DNA from: Trypanosoma brucei
Lineage: Eukaryota
Length of the DNA stretch: 64,000 nt
Direction of reading: 5' to 3'
NCBI GenBank assembly: GCA_000002445.1
Contig: CM000208.1
Location: 3,616,001-3,680,000 of the forward strand
Position 1 is the stretch's first letter. Each line of letters opens with the position of its first letter. The notes below the pieces were generated by a model. That model had not been told where the DNA came from and ran no database searches. It saw only the letters and a list, made by a program, of their open reading frames with translations. Positions 42,201 through 50,827 of the stretch are shown here, one piece after another. The position numbers were made by a program, and so were the translations under genes.

Positions 42201-42855
42201 CTCTTCGGAAAATGGAGTGGCGGCTGAGGAGGTACTGGAAGTGGAGGCAGCTCTTTGTGACAAGGCTATGGATAGCCGCTGCAGCTCCGACATTTCAGCT
42301 GTTGTCCCATTGAAAGAGCTTATTAAATGTGCTCGTGTGGGACCAGGAGCTGACCAAGGGAAACGCGGTGACGCCAGAGAGTGCGACAAGGAACTCAGTT
42401 GCGTGATGGATTCATACCAGGTACCTGAGGTGGCGGCCTTCTCCACGTCTTACAGTATCAAATCTTGTTGTTTGGAGGAGATGCAACAAGCAGGCGAAGA
42501 GATAACGGGCGAGGAAACAGATGCGTACGTGGAATTGTTTTGGCTCTCTGTTCTCCGACGAATAAAACCTCAGTTGGAGGAATGCACTGCAGATGAGAAA
42601 TCGGATCACGAACATGGCTCCTACAGTCAGCAGTCACAACAGAACAGAAGGAAAAGGAAAGATGTAGACCGGGAGGCCACCTCTTGGAATATGTGTCGGG
42701 TCTCCAAAGGGGAAGACACCAAGCGACTGCGTAGGTTGGCTAACTCTATATTGCTTAATTTTTTTAGACGCTTCGGGGGTACAAGGAGTCGGTCTGCAAG
42801 GCCGTCGTCATTAGATGCAACATCACGAGCCCGAGGGTGGCTCAGTGCAATGTAA
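39262..42855 (+). CDS. Large (1197 aa) protein with an N-terminal SPEF1/CLAMP-type calponin-homology domain (DUF1042)
   Basis: 'VIRWLQSLDLTQQVRYPQQDLSNGFVFAEIASRYDRQVGMHCYVPGCSAESKRSNWKVLLADMKRIGFSAITKETAESIAQGKPGAAITLLNQLYEFF' resembles the SPEF1 N-terminus '...RDFSDGVLVAEVIKFYFPKMVEMHNYVP...KLSNW..L...KRLNF.....IAQCAPG'. ATG at 39262. Confidence 0.7.
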   Translation: MQREVIRWLQSLDLTQQVRYPQQDLSNGFVFAEIASRYDRQVGMHCYVPGCSAESKRSNWKVLLADMKRIGFSAITKETAESIAQGKPGAAITLLNQLYEFFSGRPAPTSSDDFSKKAKALRRALEGPSTSSEGASAAYSKEENHSLPLLASETRIYERLRQPGFAQPTAAALLRVVNSGARSVCLAGAVPPDEVKTRRRNEDLLLEHEMLYKACKRTEPDRFEPKKRPHTDTVVRPKKQVDSLKTKQGVVPLNIGGSTVHLELPNDQVADLLRLRPTADGFHAVAGEQYTGNTTDMQVFNIFRASGTNLRLCLSKLLGIVLCTGKLSIEPLRLNDDVGAGDVFSAFVGQCNSLPLPTAGKCWEAVSDASEYIAQVLLDKPTEYFYLLRVMDFLFSSESMGIRMLHVPGASTAEHLGAAEELTSTSNCTRSEVSRSTSKKYSSYVTVLEDPCFTKHSQQQSARAFNLAAAHGFLYNIGLAVNNLSPSLALSLIADYYLPAVSPSLPTASSMALEGVCRLVVAHLCGDSSSLNAGDDDAPLSPYKDGGGEGRKEESCVSEEDEEERGNKRPFSDSRWEPSKQLAAFLTGPLKEAFLPGGVRDVTNSAQRRTQYGLFLYHTLRHVRSTFGGVDLCRNESSVSVSASSAHRSRFHSLTGLGAAGVCASLASSSAKERAVGVATLLELILWDRWDAAIKPLLKIISDTRQDGSFSKFVRPSAETWELRVLLLELFSVAFHRVLLTLADGTAVEGIQNNVEEGDDVSSTLPIVKQVDLHSLEEATVNCMKSFSAAPLMQRELVLQIIGRRLLPEKQRNVAAAWIDCLFGLPADQLEFLLGADPALHLRSWGNNQEMQPTPRGTVSSQVQGSFSSVRLVACQENRQLSLSGYAAGLSSDFNTSENPGTDVRVLLGRIESAYVVTPLNHTWNVFTVVQTVIIFKSRITTLQLFSVIHAALVSPQGYDRELQSLLMDLRVLGGNDGAASSENGVAAEEVLEVEAALCDKAMDSRCSSDISAVVPLKELIKCARVGPGADQGKRGDARECDKELSCVMDSYQVPEVAAFSTSYSIKSCCLEEMQQAGEEITGEETDAYVELFWLSVLRRIKPQLEECTADEKSDHEHGSYSQQSQQNRRKRKDVDREATSWNMCRVSKGEDTKRLRRLANSILLNFFRRFGGTRSRSARPSSLDATSRARGWLSAM

Positions 42856-43799
42856 AGTGGCGCTTAATGTGCTGAACGGCGGTGATGTCAGGTAGGCGGG
42901 GCAGGGGAGAAGCGGCAAGGAACGGGGATATCACACAAATTAACGTAAGGAATGTTTTCTTTACTTACGTACCCATGTGTTTTGATGTCTGCACGGCTCC
43001 TCACCCCTTTCATACCAATCCGCTTCTCTCCTTGCCCTCTCCGTTAATTGGTATTACCGTTACCATTGTTAGTACACTCATGTACATAAAGTGCCCTGTG
43101 ACCCTTGAAGGAGGGAAGAGGAAGAGCACAGTGTAACAACCCAGGGGCTGGGGATTTCCCATGCAGTACCAAGAAGAGAACCAATAAAGAAACTGTGGAC
43201 TGTCTCTTGTCCCTGTGTTACTTGGAACGGTCAACTTCCCGCGACACGCTAGTCTTTGTTCCCGCTTCTCATTCATGCATTTCCTGTACACAAGAAAAAT
43301 TTTTAAATATCAAGTATTGCTAGTTGACATCATTGCTTTGGCTTTTTTGTCGTCAGCCCGTGGGGGAAGCTACGGGATCACAGATATATATTAATTAGGC
43401 GCTGCCACTACTTAAAACATATAGGGGGTCTGAAAACGGTGAAAGAACCACGGTAAGTATATAAATCGAGAAAAGCCAACGAACGGGTTCGAAAAGGGTG
43501 AAAAGGTCGGAACGGTACGGTGGAGCTTATTTGCTTCAAGAAGTTAAGGTGCGCTCTCTTCGCCAAGTGGTTGCCTCTTCATCTATTTGACCTTCAGCCA
43601 TAGGTCTGGCACGAAATCCGGGAGCAAATCACCTTCCTCGGGAAATAGCAGTGTTTGTAGCAAATAGAGGTGTGTGCAGCAGCCAACCAAGGGGGATTGT
43701 AAGGCAAGATAGACAGTAGGAAAAAGCAAAAGCAAAGAAGGCTGCGGGGCGGGATACGGAGGTCATACCGAATAGTCGGCTCTCCATTCGTCTCTGTGA

Positions 43800-46700
43800 A
43801 TGGATTTTGACGAGTCAAGTGACGTCTCCAATGCCACAGCCGCTGACCACGAGTTCGAAGCGTCAGAAACCATAGTGGCAGCAGATGCGTTGGACCTTAT
43901 GCCGATTGAGCGTAACGGCACCGAGTCGTTAGTTTTTGAGACATTTCATGACAACAGTGTCACTGCGGAGGGAAGACCGATTTCATCAGCTGACCCAACC
44001 CTTTTAGAGGGTGAATATTTTCATCATCATCTGCTTGATGCAAAGGATGAGCCCATGCGTCCTGCCGCCCGCCGGGGAGGAAGCGGACACCATGGAGAGG
44101 GGCGTCTCGGTGTTCCAGTGGGTGATGGCGCTGAACATTCTATCAGATATGGAATTAGCGGTGAAAACAGGGACCCCCATCTGGAAGGCGGTTTCTCCGT
44201 TGAAGACGTGGAAATTTGGAATACGCTACTAACCCCCATGGCTCGGGTGGACATGACGCTGATGAGTTGCTTTTACGTTGGGCACCGCACTGTGTCTGAC
44301 TTGAATGGATCAGAAAGTACCACACATAACATGGAGGCAATGGTAAAAACTTTCTCGCCATTCTATTACAGATGCTCTACAAGCTCACTCGACGAAGGGG
44401 CGAGTAGTGAAGACAAAGGGAAATCCATGGCGTTGGTCACGCTGCAACGTCTTGCTTCGCACATGCAGTCCATGCAGCAAGCCCTTACAGAGAAAGGATT
44501 GATGAACAAACAATGTCAGGTAACTAGTAATGATATTATCGGTGCTGGTGGTGATGCCTCGGAAACATCTAGTCATGCAGATGAGCGGCCGCCTATTTGC
44601 CGTGGTGCGCATTCCATACACGTGGATTCCGCGTGCCGACTTATTGGTGTTATCGACGTGGACGTCTGTGCCGTCAGCTTGGCTGACGTCATTGCATTTC
44701 ATGCGCGGCCTCTGTCACAGAACGAGCTGGTTGCAGTGGTGAAGTCTGTTGTCACTAAAGTGGCTCTTCTACACAATGCCGGTGTCGTTCACGGTTGCCT
44801 TCACGCTGGCAACGTGCTCTGCGGCGCCGACAGGGGACACACATCTCTTGCTGGTCCCTGTGGGATTATGAGCAACCCGCTGTTTCCTGCGGATCCTTCC
44901 TTTATTTCCCCACGTCTCGCCGCTGCTATGCAGTCGCTGGTGGATTTGATATCGAAAGGTATCGAAGGGGGAAAGGTGGAAGGTGCCTTTTCATGGGTAG
45001 AGGATCCCTCCTTTCACACTGGTATTCTAGAATGCTTCGGATGCATTGACGGATCTAGCACCCAACCAAGCACTAACGATGATGTTTATGCTATCGGTAT
45101 ACTCACGTTGACATGTGCATTAGGTGTGCCCCCTTTTTGTACAGCCAAGTTACAAGAGGTGGTTCATATCTTGTCAAAATATTATGGCAGCGTTACTAGC
45201 AGCGGTGACGAAAAGGATGTCGTTTCACTACTGCTGGGAGGGGAGCTTTTTTCGTGTGACTACACCCTGCAGCGCATGCAACTCGCCGGTTATGAAAGCA
45301 ATTTTGTTAGTACCATGTTAGACTTTGTGGGTGTGTGTCTACGGGCGGGAGCATCTAAAGATGCCATACCGACTGTTGCTGCCGGAGACTTATTGCTGCA
45401 TTCGTTTTTCACAGATTATGGACCTGCAGCTTTCGTTAAAAGCAGCATGGAAGGTGCAGGGAGTGTAAGCAGTGATGAGGAAGCAGACTCAGCACATATT
45501 GGCAGGGTCCTTCATTGCTTGTTTTACCCTGTTTCCACAGCTTTAGATTGCATGAAAAGCGATTGCGGTACCACACCCTTCGTGCCACGGCTCTGTAGGA
45601 ATTCTATTTTTACAGCTCGTTTGAACGCTCTTCAAACTTCCCGATTGTGTGGTAGCAAAGGTCCCACTTCGGTGGCTACTGACAATGGCACCGCTGTGAG
45701 CTGGCCTTATTTGGACGTGAAAGCGCCCCACTGGCATACTACTGTTAGAAATTGTACTGCAGAATGGCGCTGTGAATTGTATGCAACACCGTCAACATTG
45801 CGTCACGCATCTTGCAGTGACAATAGTGGTTGCTTCGCTTCGTTGAAGAAAGTTGCTAAAACCAAAGGTATGAAGGTGGACGCTGAAGCTCGGACCCTTG
45901 TTTGGGAAAATAGGACCGGTAGTCGCTTGATTCTTCACAGGAACGACGTACAAAGTGGGTACCTGACTGCTACAGACACACTCATTCTTCGCAACCTTCA
46001 AGATTGTGTGGTGGAGGTGCTGCTTCGTTTTCGCTATGTTGTGCTACAAAATGTGGAGCGGTGTGAACTTCTAATGGGGCCATGTTATTTTTGTTATTGT
46101 GACACGGTGGTTGACTGCCCCCTCGTTGCCGTTGCGAGTGCGCACCTTGTGACTCACGACATTCTCCGTGTGAACCTTCGCCTTGGATTTTGCTCGCCAC
46201 CCAGCTGTCGTAACAGTAGGTCGGTGTGGGAGGAAGTACAGCTTGCCCCGTACAGCATTGCGTACGAAGGCCTCAGTGCAGATTACGCTGCTGTTCCACT
46301 CCCACAAGAGCATATCGCAACCGTTATGCTGGGGATTGAGCTCGAGTCTCCTGAGCTCGTTAAGGGAACCCTTGAATTGTGTAACACTCTGGGAAGGGGC
46401 CAGGACTACCCTTACTCCCATGCGCTTGCTGCTTTTGGTAACCGCTTCGTTCATGAGGATGACGGTGTCAGTGATGTTTTCTTGTACCCCACGGAAGTAA
46501 GGAATAAAGATATCCGGATTGCCCGAGTTCGTGGTGGTAGCTCCTCCGCCATGAATGATCACGAACGACTCTTCGCGTCAGATGTGACACGGCTTCCCCT
46601 ATGGCGATGGCGCCGGGATGACACGGATAAAGTTATACGCCGCATCGCTACCGAGGATTCAACTTTCGGACCAACGGATAGCAATGCGGGAGAAAGATTC

Positions 46701-48836
46701 CCGATCATATTCATATTAGATATAGTTGGTGATTGTCTTGTCGAGGACTGCTCGAACTGCGCTGTGATTATTATTGGTTCTACCGAAGCTATCACGTTTC
46801 GGCGCTGTGCCGACATGCGACTATTTGTGATGGGAAGGGAAGTGCTACTGGAGGAATGTGAATCGATGGAGGTCTACGTGTTTGCAACGGAGATGCTCGT
46901 GCTGACCAACTGCAGGGATATAACCTTCTTTCCCCTCGCAGTGCGGGCCCCTTGCATCGAGGATATCCTTGGATCAATTGTGGAAAGCACTGTGGATGAG
47001 ACTTTACGGGAAGAATTTTTCGTTGCATTCCAACAGAAAGACGTCATCACACTAAATGCGATCACGCGCCATGAAAGCGACGCGGGGGCAATTGACTTGC
47101 AGGCGTGTAATAACGTACAATTCGATGCGGCGTGCCCGCTGATGTTCACAGTAAATTTCGTTCCCAGTGACACGGAACCCTCCACATTGTTCTTCGAGGC
47201 TTGGCAGGAAATGCGCGATGAGTCGGAGTGGGTGGTGATACCTCTCATTGAACACGCCCGTGGGACAGCAAGTACCGAAGGTAGGGGAAGCGACAACGCT
47301 TTGCCACCGGTTCGTTTTCACGATCTAGTGAACGTTTCTATTCCACGCCCATCTGAAACTTTAAGTGGTCGGGAGCATTCGATTGGTGCCTCGTCGCAGC
47401 CGATGCTCGTTGAGGTGGTATTTGAACGCATTGCAATGGGTATTATACATGTTGATGACGTGGTGGAGACGCTATTTATTCGTAAGTGCACAGGACCTCT
47501 TGAAATTGTCGTTTGCGCGGCCACGAGGGTTATTATGGAATCGTGCGAACACGTGACAGTGCACACAGCTTGCTGCTCTTTTATAGCTGTTGATTGCCAT
47601 GCATGCCGCATAGCTCTGCATGTAAACACAAAGCCTCAGTATGTTAACTGCACAGACATACAGGCTTCGACCGCAAGTCTTACATCTCACGATTACGAGG
47701 TGTTTCTGGGGCGGGCAGGTGTGGTACCGGGCGCCAATAACTTCCATGAACCGGTGGTACATGGAGGGGATGCTTCTGAAATTAGCCTTCTCACTCCCGA
47801 TGCTGTGTCGAAGATTGCATTGGTGGACTCGCTTGAAAAGGCTTTCGCGGTTCTACACAGCTCCATCACACTCGTTCCACCACCGCCGTCTGTAAGTCTT
47901 GGGCAACAAGATGCTCCCTTGATGCCTGACATGGAGAGACGTGCCCGGCATGAGGAGACCGCACGGAAACCTTTTGATGCGAACATCGTTGATGCACTAA
48001 TATTTCTCTCTGACCGCCAGTCGGCGGAGTGTGTCGACCATACCCTTGAGCCCTCTGGGACGGTGGAAGTTGAAGGTGTGGAAGAGGAACAGCCTCTTCG
48101 AAATCGTCCAACACCATCTTCAGGGCACCCACACGTCGATGATTCATTGATGGTGAGGCACGTAGATCCACTCGCTGTGGATGGGACCTCTGGTGTGAAA
48201 GGGTCTCTGCTTAATGGTGAAGAAGTAAATCCGGCCTCCGCGGTGGCTGAGGAGGATGATGACTTCTCATCACACGAAGGAGAGCTGGCCAACACTAACG
48301 ATTGTAAAGATGAAGTTCACAACCAGAGTTATACCCAAAGCTTTGATTCCACAGATGAAGGCAGGAGCGACGAGAGCAGTTTCGCCGAGCAGCCACGTGA
48401 AGACGTGGCGACAGCATCGGAAGGGGACGAGACGGCAGCTGCTGCCCCACGGGGCGGCACCGACGCAATGAATTCCACGACTGAAAGTGCCAGCAGTGGC
48501 CATAAAACGGAAAAGGAAGTTGCGGAGACTCGAGAAACTGTGGTGTCTTTCGTTTCAGCCACAGAGGAAGACGTTATGTTTGAGGGGATTGGGGTTGAGC
48601 GCACGTCAAGAGCCTCCGTGGCATCAGGTGAAAGTGTGTACGAATCTGGGGGGCCAGTGAAAGAATTCAACGTCGTTGTTCACCCCGATGAAATGGAACT
48701 TGTGTCTGCAGCAATCAGAAACGCAGCCAAGGCCCGTGCCGACGCTCAAGCGGCCGGAGCTTCATCCGCCACGCTAATGGAGGGGTTGCACCGTCATGTG
48801 GAAGACACGGTTAGTTGGCTTCGTCGTTTGCGTTAG
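43800..48836 (+). CDS. Very large (1678 aa) protein containing a pseudokinase domain and an acidic C-terminal region
   Basis: ATG at 43800. The kinase-like core has 'LHNAGVVHGCLHAGNVLCG', which replaces the catalytic loop HRDxKPxN, and a subdomain-IX-like 'DVYAIGILTLTCALGVPPF'. It is a long uninterrupted ORF. Confidence 0.65.
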   Translation: MDFDESSDVSNATAADHEFEASETIVAADALDLMPIERNGTESLVFETFHDNSVTAEGRPISSADPTLLEGEYFHHHLLDAKDEPMRPAARRGGSGHHGEGRLGVPVGDGAEHSIRYGISGENRDPHLEGGFSVEDVEIWNTLLTPMARVDMTLMSCFYVGHRTVSDLNGSESTTHNMEAMVKTFSPFYYRCSTSSLDEGASSEDKGKSMALVTLQRLASHMQSMQQALTEKGLMNKQCQVTSNDIIGAGGDASETSSHADERPPICRGAHSIHVDSACRLIGVIDVDVCAVSLADVIAFHARPLSQNELVAVVKSVVTKVALLHNAGVVHGCLHAGNVLCGADRGHTSLAGPCGIMSNPLFPADPSFISPRLAAAMQSLVDLISKGIEGGKVEGAFSWVEDPSFHTGILECFGCIDGSSTQPSTNDDVYAIGILTLTCALGVPPFCTAKLQEVVHILSKYYGSVTSSGDEKDVVSLLLGGELFSCDYTLQRMQLAGYESNFVSTMLDFVGVCLRAGASKDAIPTVAAGDLLLHSFFTDYGPAAFVKSSMEGAGSVSSDEEADSAHIGRVLHCLFYPVSTALDCMKSDCGTTPFVPRLCRNSIFTARLNALQTSRLCGSKGPTSVATDNGTAVSWPYLDVKAPHWHTTVRNCTAEWRCELYATPSTLRHASCSDNSGCFASLKKVAKTKGMKVDAEARTLVWENRTGSRLILHRNDVQSGYLTATDTLILRNLQDCVVEVLLRFRYVVLQNVERCELLMGPCYFCYCDTVVDCPLVAVASAHLVTHDILRVNLRLGFCSPPSCRNSRSVWEEVQLAPYSIAYEGLSADYAAVPLPQEHIATVMLGIELESPELVKGTLELCNTLGRGQDYPYSHALAAFGNRFVHEDDGVSDVFLYPTEVRNKDIRIARVRGGSSSAMNDHERLFASDVTRLPLWRWRRDDTDKVIRRIATEDSTFGPTDSNAGERFPIIFILDIVGDCLVEDCSNCAVIIIGSTEAITFRRCADMRLFVMGREVLLEECESMEVYVFATEMLVLTNCRDITFFPLAVRAPCIEDILGSIVESTVDETLREEFFVAFQQKDVITLNAITRHESDAGAIDLQACNNVQFDAACPLMFTVNFVPSDTEPSTLFFEAWQEMRDESEWVVIPLIEHARGTASTEGRGSDNALPPVRFHDLVNVSIPRPSETLSGREHSIGASSQPMLVEVVFERIAMGIIHVDDVVETLFIRKCTGPLEIVVCAATRVIMESCEHVTVHTACCSFIAVDCHACRIALHVNTKPQYVNCTDIQASTASLTSHDYEVFLGRAGVVPGANNFHEPVVHGGDASEISLLTPDAVSKIALVDSLEKAFAVLHSSITLVPPPPSVSLGQQDAPLMPDMERRARHEETARKPFDANIVDALIFLSDRQSAECVDHTLEPSGTVEVEGVEEEQPLRNRPTPSSGHPHVDDSLMVRHVDPLAVDGTSGVKGSLLNGEEVNPASAVAEEDDDFSSHEGELANTNDCKDEVHNQSYTQSFDSTDEGRSDESSFAEQPREDVATASEGDETAAAAPRGGTDAMNSTTESASSGHKTEKEVAETRETVVSFVSATEEDVMFEGIGVERTSRASVASGESVYESGGPVKEFNVVVHPDEMELVSAAIRNAAKARADAQAAGASSATLMEGLHRHVEDTVSWLRRLR

Positions 48837-50410
48837 TGGGTAGGTGTTGGGTGAACATCCTCGCAGAGCTTCTGGGTGTTGATGCCGTGGCCTTGTTAAG
48901 CTCCAAAATTGTTTTCAAGAATCACGATAGCCTAACTAAGAGCCTGCCTTGTTTACTTTTCCGCCTTTCTTTCACCCCTCCCATTCTTTCAGTAAGTATG
49001 CCTCTGTCGTTTGGCGGTTGTGAAGGGAACTTCTGCATTATTCTGTCCTACATTCCCATCCTTTGAATTTTATCCATATTCGGTTCTCCTTGATTACCTC
49101 CCCCCTGAAATGGTGGACGGGAGATCCCCCTCCCCTGGTTTATTTCTCTTTGTTCCCCTCTTCTTCCAGTTGTGTGTTTTCGCTTTAACGTACAGCGTGA
49201 TTGCGTGGGTATGTGTACGAAAGGACATTTGGGAGGCGGAAGAATTTGGGGAGGAACCGAGGCGCTGAAAAGGGTGATAGACGGTGGTGCCATCCGAGTG
49301 GTTGGTTTGACTTCGTTTTGAGCATAAAGCTCTTCTGACCACGGCGGTCCGTTGCGACTTTTTTCTAATGACGGGCCGATATATAATTAATATTTGATGG
49401 GCTGTGGAGGTGGTTCCGTACGCGTGGACGAACGTGAATACAAACATACATGTTTGTGTGTGGTGTAACGAAGCGCATGAAGGGGAGGGGTGTCTTCAAA
49501 AGTTCCGCGGCACATTTAATGCAGCGGAGGGCGATTGTCAAGAGGGTGGTAGCGTAAAAAAAAAAAGATGCAGCGGGGGCAACATTCACCTCGTGGATGT
49601 TTGTTGGTACCTGAAGAGGACTGTTGCTTTGTTTTCCGTTTCGAGGCTGGGTCGGTGAGCCCTCGAGTTCCATCTTCTTTCACGATCTTTTTCTTTTTTT
49701 TTTGTGTGTGTGTGTCTTTTTTCTTTCCTATTTTTTTTGTTTTTTGTTCAGTCGGTGTGCTATTTATATCGTAGCGTCCAGCTTCTTTCGGTTCCGTCAC
49801 AAGCTTCTGTTCTTTCCCTTAGTTGATATTTCCTCATTTTTATTCTACTGATAAGGAGGGAACCATAATACAGAGGCCTGTATTTTCCTCAAAGTTTTCT
49901 CCCGCTCCATAGCGCTTCTCTTTGGCATATCTTTTTTCCCTCTATCTTTTTCTCTTTCTTTCTTGACGTGCCTATCACTTTTGTACCTGTTTCCGACCTG
50001 CTCTTTGACATGCTTCCGTTTCCTTTTTTCCCCCTTTCTTTTTTTTTCTTGTTATTTTCGCCACACATTTTTCATATCTTTGCGTGCATACGCGAACTCA
50101 CAGATATTTATCCTTCCTTTATTGTTGTATCAAGGCTAAGCCCGAGGGACCCTGCAGTATTTAGGTTTTTAGATGAATTAAGCGTGTGTCTGTGCCCGTA
50201 TCTCAGCTTGTGAGAAGAAAAAAAAAAGAGCGGAGCCAACGTCAAAGTTGTCGTCGAGCTTCACTTTTTGTTTGATTGAGTGACTGATTGATCATTGGTT
50301 AGAAGGCGCCAATACAATAAGAAAAGAGGATTATAAAGAAAGTTGGTGAAGAAGAATTAAAGAAAAAAAAGGAACAGCAGACCGAAGTAGTAGCAAGATT
50401 ATTAGCACAA

Positions 50411-50420
50411 GGGGGGGGGG
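50411..50420. repeat. G10 homopolymer
   Basis: 'acaagggggggggggaagaac'. Confidence 0.9.
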
Positions 50421-50827
50421 AAGAACTGAATAGTGGGAAATAGAGGCCTGTTATTTGTGTGGAAAGGTGACGAATTAGGCAAGCAAAGGAACTGCGGCAG
50501 TAACAAAAAAAAAAAGTATTCGCTCCCTTGTTGCACATATTCTCATACTAATACGGAGGGTGAGTGGCGAAACAGAAACTGGTGGGCATTTGTTTGGGCA
50601 GAGCGGCGCACGCAGCAGCTGAACGAACTTCATTGCCTCTTTACCGCCTCCTTCTTTTGAGTTCCGTGTACTGGTTGCGTACTTGACCATCAGTTGAGGA
50701 ACGAACACAAATATCTCCTCTTATATAAGCATAGGATAGTGGAAAAGAGGCGCAGGTGAATAAGAGGGTTATCTACGGGGATTGACATTTGTTAACCTAA
50801 CGAGCGGCATCGTTTGTGAGGCGTGCG

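Noticed and set aside
43470-43500. tRNA-like 'GGTTCGAA' T-loop / B-box motif
   Set aside because: I cannot find a complementary acceptor or T-stem, an anticodon arm, or an A box at the correct spacing. I did not call it a tRNA. It is kept only as a low-interest finding.
47693-48295. 200-aa minus-strand ORF, and other antisense ORFs (46071..46562, 46874..47296), within the 1678-aa gene
   Set aside because: They are antisense to a long continuous + strand CDS. The translations are Ser/Thr/Cys-rich and low in complexity. There is no supporting signal.
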